The position numbers were made by a program, and so were the translations under genes. From Azolla caroliniana (Eukaryota > Plantae > Polypodiophyta): a stretch of DNA of 64,000 bases. Below the pieces are notes generated by a model that saw only the letters and a list, made by a program, of their open reading frames with translations, was not told the DNA's origin and searched no databases. The stretch lies in contig JBHGNT010000011.1 of NCBI GenBank assembly GCA_043228905.1, positions 11,904,001 to 11,968,000 on the forward strand, given 5' to 3'. Positions 60,121 through 64,000 of the stretch are shown here, piece by piece (position 1 is the first letter of the stretch; every line of letters starts with the position of its first letter).

Positions 60121-62299
60121 GATTATCAAAATCATCATAGTCTTTTGGTATTGAATGATCACGAAGCTCTTGCTTGTTCCTCTCATGATTTGGGCGAACT
60201 GTCATAAATTGTACAGTTCGTTGTCCATCTTGGCTACGGATTTTTGCATAGGCAGAACCATTGTCGAGGACTTTGGTCTCCATTCGTACCGCTGTAATGT
60301 ATGGTTGCCCCAGGATTATTGGATAGGTAGATCCTTCCTGCACAAAGAAATGTTGATCTACCTCTATATCACCAATAGTAACCTTTACATTTGGGCATGC
60401 ACCAAATAAATCTTCCGTGACTGATGTGGCAGCTTTTACTCGCCAACCATGTTGAGTATCAATTGGCCATCTACCTTTCCTGTAAAAATCAGCACTCATT
60501 ATATTTATTTCAGAACCATGATCAATAAGTGCCATCACGGGGTCTGGAACATTTCCAATCTTCACATGAGTCTCAGTAGTGGCTCTTGCCCAACATTTGC
60601 GAGAGTAATGGCTTCTTACATCTGTTGAATTTATCATTGAGGTTGATGCATGTTGAGAGTCAACAACGATATTGTTTGACTCGTTGCTCACCACTTCATA
60701 TGCTACCTTCGGATTTGTCTCTTTAACCTGCTCATTTACTTGCTTCTTTCTTCGCACAATATCAATTATTTCATCATGAAATTCCTTTTTTGCAATACCT
60801 AACACTTCTCTTAGTGTAAATTCTACTCGACTGTCTAGTATTCTTGTTTCTAAAACTTTCTTTAAATCTGTATCCTTTTCAATATCAGACATTAATTTGA
60901 ATGAAGGACCAGATTTACCTTTTTCAACTTTTGCGTCCATCTCTTTTCTTTTGCTTTCTCTTGTTTCATGCTTTTTGGTTGAGCCAATCTCATCATCCGA
61001 TCTTTTCCTTTTTTCTTCCACTATCACCTCATGCTCTTGGTGTTCTGCCATCTGAGCATAGACCGTCATAGCATCTACTGGAACATCCCATCCAGTGTTT
61101 TTCCTCACAGAATCTCCGGCAACACGAAGGTCTTCCATCTTCATCTTTTGCTTTTGTGCGGTACTTACAACCTTCTCCCAAAATGGTGATCGGGATGGCA
61201 TGTCATCGAGGCGCACCCCTGCCGTTGCCGAGTAGTACATTGCGGAAGCCTTCTTTGCTTCAGCTTCTTCAAATTTAACCTTAACACCACCATCACCAAA
61301 GTTCTTTGTAAGTGGACTTCTAGTTTCAGTTAAATAAATGTTACCATTTTTCCAATACACCAAGTCTCGATTTTCCATGTCTTTATATTCCGCACAATCA
61401 CGTAATCGATGTTCGAGGCTATCACACCACATGCATCGAGGTCGAAATGGTTCCCTTGACCTCGAAGTCTGACCATTCTCAAGCTTTGCCACTTTAATTG
61501 TTAGATCTTTCATACTTTGAACTAAATCATCAAGCAAAGACTCACTCTTAGTTTCGATCATTTCTCGTGGTTGATGGACCATTTCGTGTGATGGTTCTCG
61601 ACCAAGTCTTTGAACTTCGATGTTTTGCTCAAGCCGATTTGTGATTCCCACATGTGGTATTTGTAGCATTGCACCATTCCTTTGCATTCTTTTCATAAAT
61701 TTATTACAAGCATTTGTTACCTCATTCCAATCTGCAGTTATACCATCCTCAGTATTTGGTACTTCAAGCATGAATTCCAATTCTTTTCTATATCTCTTGT
61801 CAACTGCCTGCAAAAATAAAGCAACCTTTTGCCAAGACAAAGAATTTCTTTCTTCTGGCTTTAGGTGTCCATACATCCTATCAAACTCTTTTTTTGTGTC
61901 AGACACAGATAACCCTTTATCTTCTTTTAAGATCCATTCATGAAATGAACGCATAGTAACTCGAGAGAAATCCTCACGAGCATATTCAGACACAAGTGCT
62001 TCTTTGAATGCATTCCAATCCAAACTATGCAATGCTTGTATTTCATGAATTCTATCTCTTAATTCCATGTCCACTAATTTATAAAAGTTTGCTATCATAT
62101 TGACATCATTTATACCAAACATTTCCATTTCATCATAATATATATTCACATACTTCGAAATATTTGTGCCATCAAACATACCAATCTTCTCTCGGACTTC
62201 TCGTAAGGCATGAAATAATCGATCTTGATTCAACTTTTCAATAAACAACATTACTGGATCCATTGTACTCGTACTTGCCATGTTGATGTTGATCTTCAC
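60107..62299 (-). CDS. Gypsy Gag-protease (~730 aa; start codon uncertain)
   Basis: FDGTNISKY gag start, CMWCDSLEHRLRDC knuckle, protease LIDHGSEIN..IILGQPY. Confidence 0.9.
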   Translation of the reverse strand: MKININMASTSTMDPVMLFIEKLNQDRLFHALREVREKIGMFDGTNISKYVNIYYDEMEMFGINDVNMIANFYKLVDMELRDRIHEIQALHSLDWNAFKEALVSEYAREDFSRVTMRSFHEWILKEDKGLSVSDTKKEFDRMYGHLKPEERNSLSWQKVALFLQAVDKRYRKELEFMLEVPNTEDGITADWNEVTNACNKFMKRMQRNGAMLQIPHVGITNRLEQNIEVQRLGREPSHEMVHQPREMIETKSESLLDDLVQSMKDLTIKVAKLENGQTSRSREPFRPRCMWCDSLEHRLRDCAEYKDMENRDLVYWKNGNIYLTETRSPLTKNFGDGGVKVKFEEAEAKKASAMYYSATAGVRLDDMPSRSPFWEKVVSTAQKQKMKMEDLRVAGDSVRKNTGWDVPVDAMTVYAQMAEHQEHEVIVEEKRKRSDDEIGSTKKHETRESKRKEMDAKVEKGKSGPSFKLMSDIEKDTDLKKVLETRILDSRVEFTLREVLGIAKKEFHDEIIDIVRRKKQVNEQVKETNPKVAYEVVSNESNNIVVDSQHASTSMINSTDVRSHYSRKCWARATTETHVKIGNVPDPVMALIDHGSEINIMSADFYRKGRWPIDTQHGWRVKAATSVTEDLFGACPNVKVTIGDIEVDQHFFVQEGSTYPIILGQPYITAVRMETKVLDNGSAYAKIRSQDGQRTVQFMTVRPNHERNKQELRDHSIPKDYDDFDNQVFD

Positions 62300-62326
62300 T
62301 TTAGATGTCTCTTCTACTTCCCCGTT

Positions 62327-62343
62327 TCACGTCGGGTTCACCA
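62327..62343 (-). other. Primer binding site complementary to tRNA-Trp
   Basis: TGGTGAACCCGACGTGA, complementary to the plant tRNA-Trp 3' end ..UCACGUCGGGUUCACCA; 5 nt from the LTR. Confidence 0.85.
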
Positions 62344-63445
62344 AATTGTGTCGTGGCGTGGCTCGCCTAGAAGCGTAGCATTGCGTAGACAAAAGATATC
62401 GTGAAAGTGAGGAAGGAATCACTGGGATTATGGACGGAAGAGACGAAAGAGTAGAGATAGATAAATAGTGATCAACAAGATATGACAAGATAGGATATAG
62501 AATGATATTTGAAGCAATAAAAGAGATTTATAATTATTTGATAAAAGAGTTACAAAATGATTGTGCACATCATTGAACCTCTGAACTTTGTCTTGCAAGG
62601 TAATCGCTCTTCTCTTTCTTGATCGTAGACCATTACAATCTTCACTTCAATATTTTGATGAAGATAAGGCTCGAACCGTCTCCCTCTTGTTGAGAGTTGA
62701 CCACCACGACCGCCAAGCTAGAGCTCCACGTTTATGTTAAACTTCTTCCCTTCTTTCTCTATTTTTATGGTATCTCTTATGAAATATATAATTTGATTCA
62801 TATCTCATACATATCTCCCTTTGATCTTCTCTTTCACCATTTAAATAGGTGCCCCCATGCATATGATGCATTGGAGGGTACAAATCATGCATGTAGTGCA
62901 TGAAATGCATGTGATGCATGATCGCCATTTGGCGTTCATGCATTACATGTGATGCATGATAAACATCTCGCTCATTTGAGCTTTTATGTATGAAACAATA
63001 TATGCAATAACAATAACATGAAAATATAATCTTAAAGAGAAAGGGCCTAGCCTAATGGTAGGTGTGTTGACTTTGGTGTATGAGGTTGTTGGTTCGAGTC
63101 TCAAAATACTACAACATACAACTTTATTTTTATATCATGAAGCAAATCCTTTATGTAATATAAAGTATATATAAAGTATGCTTTATTTTATGTAAATTAC
63201 TAGTATAGAGTAAATGGTAAGATTTGAGAGTCATAGGGTGGGCTTATTGGTTCAAGTCCTCTCTTGTTCGTGTAATATAATATATTTATCTATATATATA
63301 TATATTATTTTTCTTTACATATATATAATATTATCATATGTGTTGTTAATATTATCTTTATATATAAAACATTATCAAATGTTATTTTCATTACGTATTT
63401 ATCTTATTGTAGACTTTTAATGTGAAGCTTTCGTACTTCACGACA

Positions 63446-64000
63446 GCGGGATGCTGCTTCTCTTCTTTGGGTGTTTCCATAAGCACCCTCCTGCAGGAAG
63501 AATCGGTACGCCTTCCTCCGTATCCGGCTCGCCTCCTCTCTCGCCCATGCTGTGTCCGATGTCATCGTCCATAAGAACCTCCCGATTTGGAGCCACTCCC
63601 CGATGTACCCGCTTTCGTCAAATTCGTTAAGCGCTGGATTGTTCCCTTTCCTTCTTGTCGTTACGTTAGCCGACCCGAAGAAGTCCTCGCCGACCTCTTC
63701 GTCCTCCGAAACCATGCCGTCTTCGTCGTTGAACCTTGCCCTCGAAAGCACGTCGGCCTTGGCGTTGTCCTTTCCGGAGATGTGTCGTATCTCCGGGTTC
63801 AGGGACTTAATGTACGCTATCCACCGGAGCATTGCTAGGTCCAGTGTCGCGCATCCAGAAACCATGCCGAGTATCGGCAGGCAGTCCGTCTCGATAATCA
63901 CCTCCGTCCCGATCAGATAATCCTTGTCGGCCTTGACCGCCGAAACGACACCCCGAAGTTCGCGCTTATATTTTGCGTACCCTCGCTGCCGCTCGCTCAA
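63446..64000 (-). pseudogene. Gypsy F RNase H/linker region (continues beyond the window)
   Basis: ETDCLPILGM..LRWIAYIKSLNPEIRHISGKDN; joins 55518 in frame (KHPKKRSSIPLRVVAK) after removing G. Confidence 0.9.

Larger units (their letters stand above)
55519..63445 (-). mobile_element. Young Ty3/gypsy element G (non-chromovirus, Phygy/Selgy-like) nested in F
   Basis: 1097-bp LTRs 55519-56615 and 62349-63445 look identical; 4-bp TSD GCGG; Trp PBS; PPT agagggggtgga (56616-56627). Confidence 0.96.

Overview
Eukaryotic plant DNA, most likely from a non-seed land plant such as a fern. That placement is inferred from the Trp-primed non-chromovirus Ty3/gypsy elements and the microsatellite-rich context. 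The window holds one clear host gene, a 3-exon group IId WRKY transcription factor (13929-16368, +, 591 aa). The rest is a nested transposon landscape that can be resolved with target-site duplications (TSDs). It includes two intact young Tnt1-like Ty1/copia elements (A 6919-12216, B 46287-51639) and a young copia with two stops (D 29372-34939) nested in the LTR of an older chimeric copia (C 29006-40742). There is also a deletion-fused pair of decayed copias (E1/E2, 41141-54125), a young tRNA-Trp-primed gypsy with a 4-bp TSD (G 55519-63445) nested in an older relative (F), a near full-length decayed LINE carrying a hAT MITE, and several relics. The most unusual observations are: tandem tRNA-type (Pol III A/B-box) cassettes in the gypsy LTR; a gag-PR/pol junction needing a +1/-2 shift at AG_GUU_UUU; a conserved extra domain between RNase H and the PPT in the C/E copia family; two LINEs ending at (GA)n microsatellites; a TSD-less recombinant solo LTR; and a 64-bp gypsy fragment captured inside a copia. 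All comparisons were made by eye, with no database searches.
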